Virus record (IMG/VR): IMGVR_UViG_3300032167_000055 | Strand: one strand, 5' to 3' | DNA: 64,000 bases | DNA from: an uncultured virus (IMG/VR IMGVR_UViG_3300032167_000055) | Lineage: Duplodnaviria > Heunggongvirae > Uroviricota > Caudoviricetes | In this document: piece after piece, positions 10,708 through 20,667 of the stretch | How the letters are laid out: every line of letters starts with the position of its first letter | Numbering within the stretch: the stretch's first letter is position 1 | Position numbers and translations under genes: made by a program | The notes under the pieces: model-generated | Told to the model about the DNA's origin: nothing | Database searches by the model: none | The model's input: only the letters and a program-made list of their open reading frames with translations

Positions 10708-11175
10708 CTAAGTGGTAATAGTTAATACTGTACCAGATAAAGATACTGTGGGAATAGTACCAGTTTTACTAGGAAGGGTTAGAGTAATATTAGACGTTGT
10801 ATTATTACCAGTTTGAATTTGTGTATATCCGGAAGATGTACCATACATACGAATTAAACCACGTCCATTACCAGCTGTACCCGATGCAGTTCCATTACCT
10901 AAATCTAAACGCCCGGTACCAACTCTACTAGTCGTTCCTGTCTCATAAGATGTTAAAAAAGCATAAGTATGTGTGTCTGAATTAATAGCTGAAAATGTTC
11001 TTGATATTACTCCAGACCAATATGAACCCGTACCACCCAAAATATATTCATCAGATATCGAAGGATATATGTCACCGGAAATAGTACCACCACTTAATGG
11101 TAAATAACTATGTGTATGACTACTATTAGCTTTACCGTTTACAGTAGTAGTTAGAGTTGTAATATTACTATTTAG
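10708..11175 (-). other. Silent tail-fibre C-terminal cassette 1 (no start codon)
   Basis: Frame opens at CTA AAT AGT AAT right after an in-frame TAG: LNSNITTLTT...SYLPLSGG...GNGTASGTAGN...SLSGTVLTITT; resembles the C-terminal part of 44937-46817. Confidence 0.85.
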
Positions 11176-11244
11176 CTAAATAAAGAATCTGTAAGTCCCT
11201 AGAAATATCGAGACTTACAGAAATTTTACTTAACTAAATTCCGT
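11165..11244 (-). repeat. 80-bp hairpin element, copy 1
   Basis: ACGGAATTTAGTTAAGTA-AAATTTCTGTAAGTCTCGATATTTCTAGGGACTTACAGATTCTTTATTTAG-CTAAATAGTAA; eight near-identical copies in the window. Confidence 0.95.
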
Positions 11245-11397
11245 CACCCTTACCATATTATCATCGAATTATAGACCTTTCGACAACTTTATGTAATACA
11301 ACTCATAACAAAAAAGATATACCCTTACGCTTTTACACGTAAGGGTAATCCAGCCAGTTAACCAAGGGTCTAATTTGGTTACTTTATTGTTATTCAT

Positions 11398-14300
11398 TTA
11401 CCATGGAAATGATCCTCCAGAATCACTGGAACCACCAAGACCATTCATATCATCGAAAAATCCCATATCATATCCACCATCATCTTCTTCAAACGTAGTG
11501 TATTTATTATCAGAATCAAGACCTTCTGGTATATAGTTAAGTGAACTATTAACCAATCTTGATGTTTCTGCTTGAGATCTTTCTATAGCGTTTCGTAATA
11601 TAGCCTCATAATCTAATGCTTTCATGGCTTCTCTTTCTTCCATGATTGCTTGAGCAACATCTGTAGGTAAAACTTTATTAAGCTCGGATTCGGTTTTCTC
11701 ATAGATGCCTTGATTACGAGGTTTTTCTTCTCTTTCACCAGGATAATAACCAAATATCTGTAAGTTATTACCATGATATAAAACATACATTGCGATTAAG
11801 TAAGACATTACAGAGTCATCGTGAACATATTTTTCGTTAATCTATACATCTCTGTATAGGTCAGACTATATCTTCATCTTATATTCTGTTACCAAATATA
11901 AGATGCCTCCAATTTCGGATTTCTCCTACTCTACTCGCTTCTTCACTATAGTATTTCTCTATAGTTATGCTTTCGATAGTCGTTGAACCTTACTTATTAT
12001 TTATAATAATAAGTCTTGGCTGCTGATTGTCTCTATTCATCAGATTGTCACACTTTACTGTACTGATGACCTAACGAGAGTTCCCAGCAATTAAAGAGGT
12101 TTAACCAGACCTCCACTATTCTATTCAAATTCTACAAATTTTTTGCCTTTTTCAAACTTTGATTTTAAATGTTTGACATTACTACGAATTTTTTCGTCAT
12201 ATTCCCATCCCATTTCATTTATAACCTCTCGTACTGAAAATCCTTGTTTAAAAAGATTTTCTATTTTAACGAGTTCATTATATGAAAAAATTGCAGAAGC
12301 TTTTTTAGTCTTTTTAAATTTATAGTTTTTACTAAGTTCTTTCCAAGTTTCTCTTTTACGAATACGTAATACAAAATCATACCCTAAATTATAATCATTA
12401 GATATTTTTTTAGGTGATATCCCTTTTGATAATAATTCACAAACCAATGTAGCCTCTTCTATTGTATGAGTTGTTAAATTACATTTTTCAGATGAAACAC
12501 TTGTTGGTTTCTTTAAACCAGTTCTAAAAGCATGGTAATTATTATACGAATATGTACACCAAACAAGATTAGAAATGTCATTATTTAATTTATCACCATC
12601 TTCATGATTTATAACTGGAAGATTTTCTGGATTAGGAATAAATCCTTTTCCAACTAATCTATGAATTAATTGTGTTTTGTATTCACCTGCTTTACCTAAC
12701 TGAAGATTTACGACTTTATATCCTGTATCTTTTGATATATATCCTTTAAGTTCTTTTTCTGTAAATATATTAAATATTCGACTATCCTCAGTTATTAAAT
12801 ATTTAGTTTGAATTTTATATATTTCATCATTATATTTAATATCAATAGTGATATTTTTCCCAATTATTCCATTTGATAAAGTTATAAGTTTTTTAAATTC
12901 AATTCCTTCTCTATTATCTTCTATTTCTTTTATTATTGGCAAAATAAATGCACCTCAATTCATTAATAATTAATGATATGTTGATGCATTATAAATGTAG
13001 AATTCATAGCGATTTTCGAGCCTGGACCAGCTGCAATCTTTCCTGATGATGTACGTACTAATCGAGATATATCTGTAATAACGTTCTCTGCAATAAAATC
13101 ATCTTTATTTTCAGAAATACGTCTAGCCAGAATAGCAAACATTGCTTCTCTAGAATGACCTTCTGTGTATACACCATAGAAAGATTTTTGTGCTGCTTGT
13201 TTTTTAAGCATTGACTCTATTGTCTCATATTCTTTTTTGTTTTCTTCAGTAAGATCTTTTGCTCTATCATAATATAATCTAGATGCAATTCTTGACTGAA
13301 GTAAATGGTCGATAATACCATCACCTACACTATTTCGTTCTACACAAACGATAGCTTTAGGTACATGGCGTGTTACTAATTCAATAATAATCTGTTCATA
13401 CAACGTTTCACCAACATAAGAACAAGCAAATTCAAATGCAGGTCTAGTTGTATATGGATTAATACCAGTAATAGCATTATTATCCTTATTTGTACCTGTT
13501 GAACAGTCAACACCGACAATGTAAGGAATAGAAGGATCTAATTCTTCATAAATCATAAACTGGTAGTAATCTTTTACAAATAAAACATCGATTGGTTTAT
13601 GCATATTCTCGACGATATACTCAATATCTTCCTGAGGATAAGGAGAAAGTGATGAACCATGTAATCTCTGAAGTAGGATTTCTCGACGAACAACAAGTGC
13701 ATCACCGATCATATTACTCATCTTAGATAACCATTCTTCATCCAAACCAATCTGATAATACTGGAACTCAATATAAATAATGCGGTTAGATTCACCAGCT
13801 TTAGCAAATTCTTTCATTTCATCTTTAGTCATATCGTATAAACGCTCTGACCACTTAACGGTCTTATCAAGAATTATTTGAGCTGAAATACCAGCATTAC
13901 TATCAAGATCTCCTGGGGTACCATATTTTGTTAAAAATATTAGACTATATCTTCAATATTAATTCTGTTACCAAATTAATATTGCCTCCTATTTCGGATT
14001 TCTCCTACTCTACTCGCTTCTTCACTATAGTATTTCTCTATAGTTATGCTTTCGATAGTCGTTGAACGTTATATAATCGTAAAGTTAAAATTTTCAAACA
14101 TATAATATTTTAGTGTAAATAATAAAAACAGTCCGGTTCATAAGGAGTTATTATTTACCCTAATCTTGTATAGTGTAATATAAAAGGGATTACACACTGT
14201 ATCAACACGAACCGGTATACAAGAATCGCAGGCCTAGGGGCGTAACGTCTAGGCTAACCACCATACGGCAGTATTGGTTGGGACGTGGTGATTATGAGGC

Positions 14301-15425
14301 TGCTCCAAACAAAACCTATGTAGAATCAAAAGCCAAGTGGAACTAGCCACTCCACAGCACTTAAACAGACGGGTGACAGTGCAAGCCCGAGCAGCCCTTG
14401 CATAGGAAAAAATAAGAGCAATCTTATTTTTTTATTTTTACGATTATATCTTCGCTGCGGATTGATTCTATTCTTTACCTTTTTACTATACCTTTGGAGT
14501 TACCCATTGCCACTAAGTATATTACTATCTTAGTTTAGTAGTAAAGACATAACGAATTCGTTCCCGCAATTAAAGAGGTTTTACTTACGCGTAAAATCCA
14601 CGTAAAGATTCTTCCGTATAATGATCCATTCATTTCTGCAGCACGTGCAGCTGTTTCATAAGTTGATACAGAGTTTTCCACAATTTCTTTTATAAAGTCA
14701 GTAAACTCTGGCTCATCATAATGAATAATAGCAGCAGATAAACCTCGAGCAAGTGAAATAGCTTTCGCTTTAGAAGCAGCACCTGCACGAACAGAAATTC
14801 TGTTCTTAGTTACAGGATGCCTCATTTCTGTAGCGTTTTTAATAGCTTTCACAGTTTTACCATTTTCATCATCAAAGAATGATTCAAATCGCAAATACTC
14901 AGGTAATAAATCTATCTGTGTCTTAATACGTGCTAAGTTTTCCTTTGCGTCGGGTTGTTGTTTATTAACAAAAATAAATGATGTATTTGTAGTACCAAAT
15001 GAATACCCCCAAGCCTGAATAGCAAGTGCAGATTGCGTTTTACCTTGCTGACGAGGTAAACAAAGCCATGAATCTATTCCGTGTAAGAATAAAAATGCTT
15101 GTGCTATATTTCCTCGATTTGCTTTATAAGGAATTCCCTTAGGATTACCAGGATCAGGTATTCTACATACTTCTCTTAGATAATACCATGGATTTCTTCT
15201 ACATTCAGTAACTACTCGTACAATCTCATCTTTTGTTAATGTACAAACACCATTTTCATCGCATTTATAAGGATCTATAGTTAAAACTACAGGATCATAT
15301 ACTTCAAGCATGAAATAGTAGTTCTTAACACCTAATTGCTTTAAGTCAGTAGCTAACTGAAGAAAAGACACATTAGATGTTCCTATATCATAAAGGCGTC
15401 CATTATATTTTTTCAATCGTCCCAT
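11398..15425 (-). CDS. terL: Terminase large subunit, three exons (15425-14600, 13921-13019, 11825-11398; 718 aa spliced)
   Basis: Walker A 'LPRQQGKT', Walker B 'IIHYDEPEF', spliced 'IFTCTPGD', nuclease 'IVGVDCSTG', 'VERNSVG' and spliced 'GPGFHDDSVMS'; exon lengths 826+903+428 keep the frame. Confidence 0.88.
11826..13018 (-). mobile_element. Group I intron 2 in terL, carrying an HNH ORF
   Basis: Core motifs AATTGCTGGGAAC, AATCAGCAGCCAAG, GTTCAACGACTATCG and GAAGATATAGTCT; 5' exon ends in U, intron ends in G; splicing restores GPGFHDD. Confidence 0.88.
12121..12942 (-). CDS. Intron-encoded HNH homing endonuclease
   Basis: 'IHRLVGKGFIPNPENLPVINHEDGDKLNNDISNLVWCTYSYNNYH' HNH motif. Confidence 0.9.
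   Translation of the reverse strand: MPIIKEIEDNREGIEFKKLITLSNGIIGKNITIDIKYNDEIYKIQTKYLITEDSRIFNIFTEKELKGYISKDTGYKVVNLQLGKAGEYKTQLIHRLVGKGFIPNPENLPVINHEDGDKLNNDISNLVWCTYSYNNYHAFRTGLKKPTSVSSEKCNLTTHTIEEATLVCELLSKGISPKKISNDYNLGYDFVLRIRKRETWKELSKNYKFKKTKKASAIFSYNELVKIENLFKQGFSVREVINEMGWEYDEKIRSNVKHLKSKFEKGKKFVEFE
13922..14599 (-). mobile_element. Group I intron 1 in terL (no endonuclease ORF)
   Basis: Core motifs AATTGCGGGAAC, AATCCGCAGCGAAG, GTTCAACGACTATCG and GAAGATATAGTCT; ACGT| and G|GTACC junctions give T-C-T-P-G; 3' half nearly identical to intron 2. Confidence 0.88.
14130..14436 (+). ncRNA. Candidate structured RNA antisense within terL intron 1
   Basis: Upstream promoter-like motif (about 14078-14116) also seen at about 15875 and 29266; GC-rich stems, two crossing-helix pseudoknot patterns, terminal hairpin plus U-run. 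Confidence 0.55.
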
Positions 15426-15531
15426 GTAATGGATTACCTCCTTTCATTAAAATAAAGTCCTTTCAACGAAAAATTAAACTTTTCATAGATATATTATTAT
15501 AGTGACAAATTAATATAGGGAGGTAACGCTC

Positions 15532-15873
15532 ATGGAAAAACTAAATAAAGAAAAATCCAAAGCTCCTTCAATAGATGAACGAAGGAAAAGAAGCTACAAG
15601 CTAAAAGTTTCATTATCTCATGCATATGTAAATTTATGTGATAAATTAAATCCGACAAATAGTAAGTTTTATATGCATTGTCAAGATATTATCGACCGGG
15701 ATGAAACTATTGAACTCGGTTGGAAAGACAAAGAGATGATAAATTACGGACTAAACGGTTCTGTGATTCGTTCTATATCGGAAGATGAAAATGAGATATT
15801 AGAAGATTTCAATGAAATATTCTCTGAGAGAATGGATGAATTACTTGGTATTAAACCATGTAGAAGAGGTTAA
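15532..15873 (+). CDS. Hypothetical protein
   Basis: 113-aa ORF, GGAGGT RBS, upstream TATATTAT motif. Confidence 0.65.
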   Translation: MEKLNKEKSKAPSIDERRKRSYKLKVSLSHAYVNLCDKLNPTNSKFYMHCQDIIDRDETIELGWKDKEMINYGLNGSVIRSISEDENEILEDFNEIFSERMDELLGIKPCRRG

Positions 15874-16085
15874 CCGTAAAGTCGGAATTTATAAACATAT
15901 AATATTTATGTGAAATAAAGGAAATGATGATAATAAAAATCGTCTATCCTTATAAAAACTTCATAGCGCTATAGCACATATTCATAGTGATCTATAGGCA
16001 GACACAACTAAATAGCGCTCACAATAAAGTGAGGCAATTAAATTAATTTTATGGTGGAGGCGAAAGCCAAGAGCCGGAGGTTTAT
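15872..16085 (+). promoter_or_regulatory. Conserved promoter plus 5' leader, copy A
   Basis: Blocks AACCGTAAAGTC, AAACATATAATATTT, CATAGCGCTATAGCA, TGATCTATAGGCA, AACTAAATA and ATGGTGGAGG...CCAAGAGCCGGAGGT are shared with 29263-29420. Confidence 0.7.
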
Positions 16086-16523
16086 ATGAAGAAAACTAAT
16101 ACAATCGCAACTATCAGCAAGAAAGCAAACGCAGGTTTCGATAAGATGACTAAGGCAGCTGGAATGAATTACTTCGAGAGAAGAAAGTTCAAGAAGACCT
16201 GTAAGAACTTCGGTTATGACGTGGGTGTCAACGTGGCAAGTACATTGGTACTTGATACTGTTGGACTTATTGCTCATGGTACCGGTGTAGCAGTAGGAAC
16301 TGCATACCTTGGTGTTAAGAAAGGTATTAGTAAGATCAGTAATGCAGTATCTGATAAGGCTGAAGATATTAAGGCTCAGCACGAAATTAAGAAAGCTGAA
16401 AAAGCTGCTAAGAAGCATATGGAAGCTGAAGTATCTCAGAAGATCGAAGAGATCGCTGAAGAAGTTGCAGAAGCTTTTGAAGAAGAAGCTGATGCAGATG
16501 AAGAGGTAGCAACTGAAGACTAA
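16086..16523 (+). CDS. Hypothetical protein with a hydrophobic segment and acidic tail
   Basis: 145-aa ORF with GGAGGT RBS. Confidence 0.75.
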   Translation: MKKTNTIATISKKANAGFDKMTKAAGMNYFERRKFKKTCKNFGYDVGVNVASTLVLDTVGLIAHGTGVAVGTAYLGVKKGISKISNAVSDKAEDIKAQHEIKKAEKAAKKHMEAEVSQKIEEIAEEVAEAFEEEADADEEVATED

Positions 16524-16524
16524 G

Positions 16525-16900
16525 GTCTCAGTTCTACATAAATGATTCTCTTGTTCATCTGAATGTATAAGCGTGTCAATATCCACCCTACTCCCTACGG
16601 GAATGGGTGGAGGGTGTAACCGAAATATCGAAAGATAGGCAAACCATAGAGTTTGTTAAAAGTCACCCCTAGGCTGTTGAAAAGGTAGTTGGAAGAGAAA
16701 GACTTTCAATGAGAACTGAGTAAAGTAGAGTACGAAAGTATTCGAACTGGCACGCGCCCTAACCATGGTAATAGTGGAAGGGAGAATCAAGCCAAACCCC
16801 TTTGGTAACAAAGGGAAAACAAAAGGAGAATCCGATGGGAGGTTTATAAAGATAGCCATAACAGGGCTACACCTTCCGTCGGATAATCTCGAAATTTTTT
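16525..16900 (+). ncRNA. Candidate large structured non-coding RNA
   Basis: GC-richer intergenic stretch; long-range stem CTCAGTTCT/AGAACTGAG, GNRA-capped hairpins (TATC-GAAA-GATA, GAGTAC-GAAA-GTATTC), and TCCGATGGGAGG/CCTTCCGTCGGA stem. Confidence 0.55.
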
Positions 16901-16917
16901 ATATGGGAGGTTACACT

Positions 16918-17184
16918 ATGAGTGAACTTATAATAATGGAAACGGAAATTATGCTTCTTGAACAGGAGCTTAATGGAATGAAACAAAAATTGGTTCAGTA
17001 CAAGAAAGAATTCATTGATTTATCTAATAGAACAGGTCTTGCCATAGTAATGGGAAAGCATGAAATTGTATCAGCAAGAAGAATGATGGAGAAATCCATT
17101 GGAACATTGGAGGCTGATATAAGAGATGCTGAAAAACGTCTTGAAGAACTTAAAAATGAAAAGAAACAGAAGGAAGTAGAATAA
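16918..17184 (+). CDS. Hypothetical coiled-coil protein
   Basis: ATG at 16918 after GGGAGG (MSELIIME...). Confidence 0.6.
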   Translation: MSELIIMETEIMLLEQELNGMKQKLVQYKKEFIDLSNRTGLAIVMGKHEIVSARRMMEKSIGTLEADIRDAEKRLEELKNEKKQKEVE

Positions 17185-17200
17185 CCTACTTCCTTCTTTT

Positions 17201-18424
17201 TTATCCTTCGTATCCAACTGGATAATTAACTTTAAACCCAATGTATTTATCTTCAATTTTTTTATTAATTGCTCTTGTTATACACTGCTCAAGTTTATTC
17301 TTGTATGCTACAAGATATTCCATAGAATGAGGAACTTCGTATTTTTTAGAGTATTTATCACTCTTTAGAATATCGATATAGTACTGAACTGTATCAATTT
17401 TACTTCTTGTATATGATAAGATCAATAACTTATCATCATTGGTTCTAATCTTATCAATCTCCACGGTAATGTAATCGATGTCATACTCATCAAGTCTTTT
17501 GAGTTTCTTTTTACTAAAGAAAAATTCAGTATAGTAATTATCGATAATATCGTTTACAGATTCACAAATATAATTCATGTAAACTTCATCATTCATAGAT
17601 GTATCTTCAGATCCTTCAGTATAAGTATGACGGATATCTTTTAAAACGCCACCGATAAATGCACTAGGTGTAACTGATATTAATTTATCAAAATTACGCT
17701 GATTGAGTTTTGCTTTTCTTTCTCTAAAGTTATCAATAACTTCAACTGAGAAATTGGTAACTGTTTTCATAGCTTTGTCAGGATCACTAGGATTAATGAA
17801 TTTATCAAGTGCTGAAGATAATTCCATTCCATATCCTAAATTTTTAGCATAGTTATCAGCTGCAATTTCCTCTTTGAGATCTGATTTAGCAAATTTCAGA
17901 CTACAAGAATCTACTATAGGTAAAGAAAGAATTTTCTTAAATCTATCTGTTTTTAAAACAGTCTTAATTCCTGTATTCATATTTGCAAATTCATACTTAA
18001 GTACTCTACTGATTCGTGAAGGTACAGAATTACTATGAATTGTATGAGCTACTTCATGAAGAAGTAAAGCAGTACATTCTCTTGAAGATAACGGAGCAAT
18101 CGTATCATCTAATATACGTCTGTCAATTTCTATGATCCAGGAGTTATTTTTAGCCCATAACTCATGTACTACACTACTAGAGCTTTCATTTATGATAGAT
18201 TCAATAATTTTATCAATAGTAGCCATTTCGGGAAATACTGACATTACAAAGCAAGCGTCAGTTCTTTTAGTTTCAAGTATTGTAATAGAAAACGTCTGAT
18301 TAAATACTTCAGATAAATTTCTTTCTATAGAATGAATGACGTTCGGTTTACGTCTATTTTTCTTAAGTTCAGCGAAGCATTCATCAATACGTTCAAATCT
18401 CATTTTTTGAGCTTCTAAATTCAT
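17201..18424 (-). CDS. Putative zinc metallopeptidase-like virion protein
   Basis: HEVAH (HExxH) plus 'EEIAADNYA' third-ligand motif; upstream AACA-ATTGTT-TA. Confidence 0.65.
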   Translation of the reverse strand: MNLEAQKMRFERIDECFAELKKNRRKPNVIHSIERNLSEVFNQTFSITILETKRTDACFVMSVFPEMATIDKIIESIINESSSSVVHELWAKNNSWIIEIDRRILDDTIAPLSSRECTALLLHEVAHTIHSNSVPSRISRVLKYEFANMNTGIKTVLKTDRFKKILSLPIVDSCSLKFAKSDLKEEIAADNYAKNLGYGMELSSALDKFINPSDPDKAMKTVTNFSVEVIDNFRERKAKLNQRNFDKLISVTPSAFIGGVLKDIRHTYTEGSEDTSMNDEVYMNYICESVNDIIDNYYTEFFFSKKKLKRLDEYDIDYITVEIDKIRTNDDKLLILSYTRSKIDTVQYYIDILKSDKYSKKYEVPHSMEYLVAYKNKLEQCITRAINKKIEDKYIGFKVNYPVGYEG

Positions 18425-18542
18425 ATTCTAGACCTCATTTCTTTAACGTATTAAACAATTGTTTCCATGATTTTTTCATGCTTAAAATGCTAAAAATAAA
18501 GATATATTATATTTTAGGTATTATACAAAGGAGATAATTTAT

Positions 18543-19007
18543 ATGACTCACGATAAAGAAATTGTTAATAAACTTAAAACAAACAAAGGAATTTTATTCT
18601 TATTATCAGTTTACATTGATGATATTGCATATATCACACAATCATATCATCAATATGTATTTGAAGATGAAAAACCAAATGGATTTATAAATTCAGAAAA
18701 TAACGAGTTTATCTATATTAAAAGACGAGAATTTAATAAGTTTTTATCATTTATGGTAAATGATAAACTTCAAGTAAAAAACTGGATTGATGATTTTATT
18801 TTAGTGAATAAAAAGATAGTTACTCAATCCCATAAATTTGGTAAATCTACATTGTTTCTAAAAATAGATAAACGCCTGATACCTAAACTCAAAAACATTA
18901 CATATGCATGTAAGGTTTTGAATATAGCAGAAGATGATATGACTAGATTTAATGAGTATATTACTTCCAATATTAATAAATACTTAGAATTATCACGTAA
19001 AAAATAA
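18543..19007 (+). CDS. Hypothetical protein
   Basis: 154-aa ORF with AGGAG RBS and upstream TATATTAT. Confidence 0.65.
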   Translation: MTHDKEIVNKLKTNKGILFLLSVYIDDIAYITQSYHQYVFEDEKPNGFINSENNEFIYIKRREFNKFLSFMVNDKLQVKNWIDDFILVNKKIVTQSHKFGKSTLFLKIDKRLIPKLKNITYACKVLNIAEDDMTRFNEYITSNINKYLELSRKK

Positions 19008-19366
19008 AGTTATAGTTCACAATCGTGTAAGAAAGGAGTGTTACTTATGAGTGGTAAGAAAAAGAAGAAAAAGAAAGTAACCGACAAGTACGAAGATTTC
19101 AATATTTCAGAAATGTTGGAAATACTCCTAAAGAAAAGGAGAGCCAAAAAAGACACTAAACAAATTTGGCATTAATAATCATTATGGAAAATATAATTTC
19201 AATAACAGATTATAGAAATAAGATTACTAGAGAAGTTGAAAACGAACTACCTGATATATTTAAAGAGGATATTTTCGAAAGTATCTTTGGTAATCATGAA
19301 CCTACTAAGGTTGCAATGGCATCAATATGCCGTTTCAATAAAAATAATAAAATGGAGGAAACAAAA

Positions 19367-19921
19367 ATGGCAAAAGAATCAATTAATGAAGTATTGTCAT
19401 CCATTGCTGCTAAGATCAATGCAGACGGTGAAAAGAAGCTTAACCAGTTTAACCGTTCTAATTTTGATCGTTTAATAAATGCAGCAGCGGCAGATCCTGA
19501 GTTTAGTTCTCAGGTTGCTATCATTAAGAAGGGTGAATTCCAGGGCTACAAAGATGTAGCATGTGGTAAGGAATTCCGTAAGTGGCTCAGAGGTGTTGTT
19601 GAAAGAGCAGGAATTGATCGTACTGAATCCGGTATCGTGGAATCTGCAGATTTTGCAGTAGGAAATCTCGACTGGATGTATGATTTCTTTGCAGAAGTTC
19701 TTTGGCTTTATCTTGAAGGAAACAAATTTAGTTTCCCTAAGAAAGAAGACTTCGACGCTACAATTGCACTCAAAGATGTTAAAGAGAAATCTAAGGTTGC
19801 AGAAATGAGAAAACCCGGCGGTCCTTCTTTAGGTAATTTTGAAACTACAAAGAAGGCTCACAAAGTTCTTACCGTTAAGAGCAGCTGCCCTAAATACCTT
19901 GTTGAAAGACGTAAGGTTTAA
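19367..19921 (+). CDS. Hypothetical protein
   Basis: Likely start MAKESINE at 19367 after GGAGG; the ORF track extends the frame to 19166. Confidence 0.65.
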   Translation: MAKESINEVLSSIAAKINADGEKKLNQFNRSNFDRLINAAAADPEFSSQVAIIKKGEFQGYKDVACGKEFRKWLRGVVERAGIDRTESGIVESADFAVGNLDWMYDFFAEVLWLYLEGNKFSFPKKEDFDATIALKDVKEKSKVAEMRKPGGPSLGNFETTKKAHKVLTVKSSCPKYLVERRKV

Positions 19922-19936
19922 GGAGGGTTAATCGAC

Positions 19937-20470
19937 ATGTCAAAAAATATTTTGAAAACTGCAATTATTTCAGCAACTGTATCTACAGTAGTTGTTGGTA
20001 TCGCTTCTTATCTATCGGTTAATAAGAAGAAAAAACCTCTCGATCTGTTTGTAAAGTATACAGTTGACGATCCTGATTTTATTATCGAAAAGAACGCAAA
20101 GGGCGATTGGATTGACCTTAGAGCTGCTAAGGAGATAGTTCTTAAAGCAGGTCAGCGTGTTGATATTCCGTTAGGAGTTGCAATGAAACTTCCTGATGGT
20201 TATGAAGCAAGACTGCTTCCCAGAAGCAGTACATGTCGAAAGATTAACATCTGGATGGAAAACTCTGAAGGTGTTATCGATCAAAGCTTCTGTGGAGATA
20301 ATGATGAATGGGGATTTAGAGCGTATGCTGTAGAAGATACGATTATCCCTTATGGTGCTAGAATCGCTCAGTTTAGAATCGTTGAGAACCAGCCGGATCT
20401 GAACATAGTCACAGTCAAAAAATTATCAGATGTCTCTCGTGGTGCTTTCGGTTCTACCGGACAGATGTAA
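19937..20470 (+). CDS. dut: Trimeric dUTPase with an N-terminal hydrophobic extension
   Basis: Motifs 'GDWIDLRA', 'LPRSS', 'GVIDQSFCG', 'RIAQF', 'RGAFGSTG'. Confidence 0.9.
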   Translation: MSKNILKTAIISATVSTVVVGIASYLSVNKKKKPLDLFVKYTVDDPDFIIEKNAKGDWIDLRAAKEIVLKAGQRVDIPLGVAMKLPDGYEARLLPRSSTCRKINIWMENSEGVIDQSFCGDNDEWGFRAYAVEDTIIPYGARIAQFRIVENQPDLNIVTVKKLSDVSRGAFGSTGQM

Positions 20471-20667
20471 GCATTTATTTCGAAACGAAGAGAAGATAAA
20501 GCCGTTTGGTTTTATCTTCTTTTTTTTGTATTTTTATGGAAAGGAAATTATGTGGATTTCTTATGATGTAGAAACTATTGATTAATTAATACACCACTCC
20601 GTAAATTGAGACTTTTAAACACTATAGTAAGTTGTTAAAAGTTTTAATAGAAACGGAGTGGTGTATT

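Noticed and set aside
11165..11244. Cassettes expressed through TAG recoding or read-through
   Set aside because: The element also has two in-frame TAA stops and no RBS or ATG; long genes translate normally in code 11 and some end in TAG.
12963..13832. Terminase pieces as separate genes or a pseudogene
   Set aside because: Group I cores and frame-restoring U/G splice junctions explain the breaks.
16038..16917. ORFs 16038-16586, 16656-16859 and the N-terminal extension of 16765-17184
   Set aside because: They overlap a better-supported gene or the structured RNA candidate; a clear RBS supports the start at 16918.
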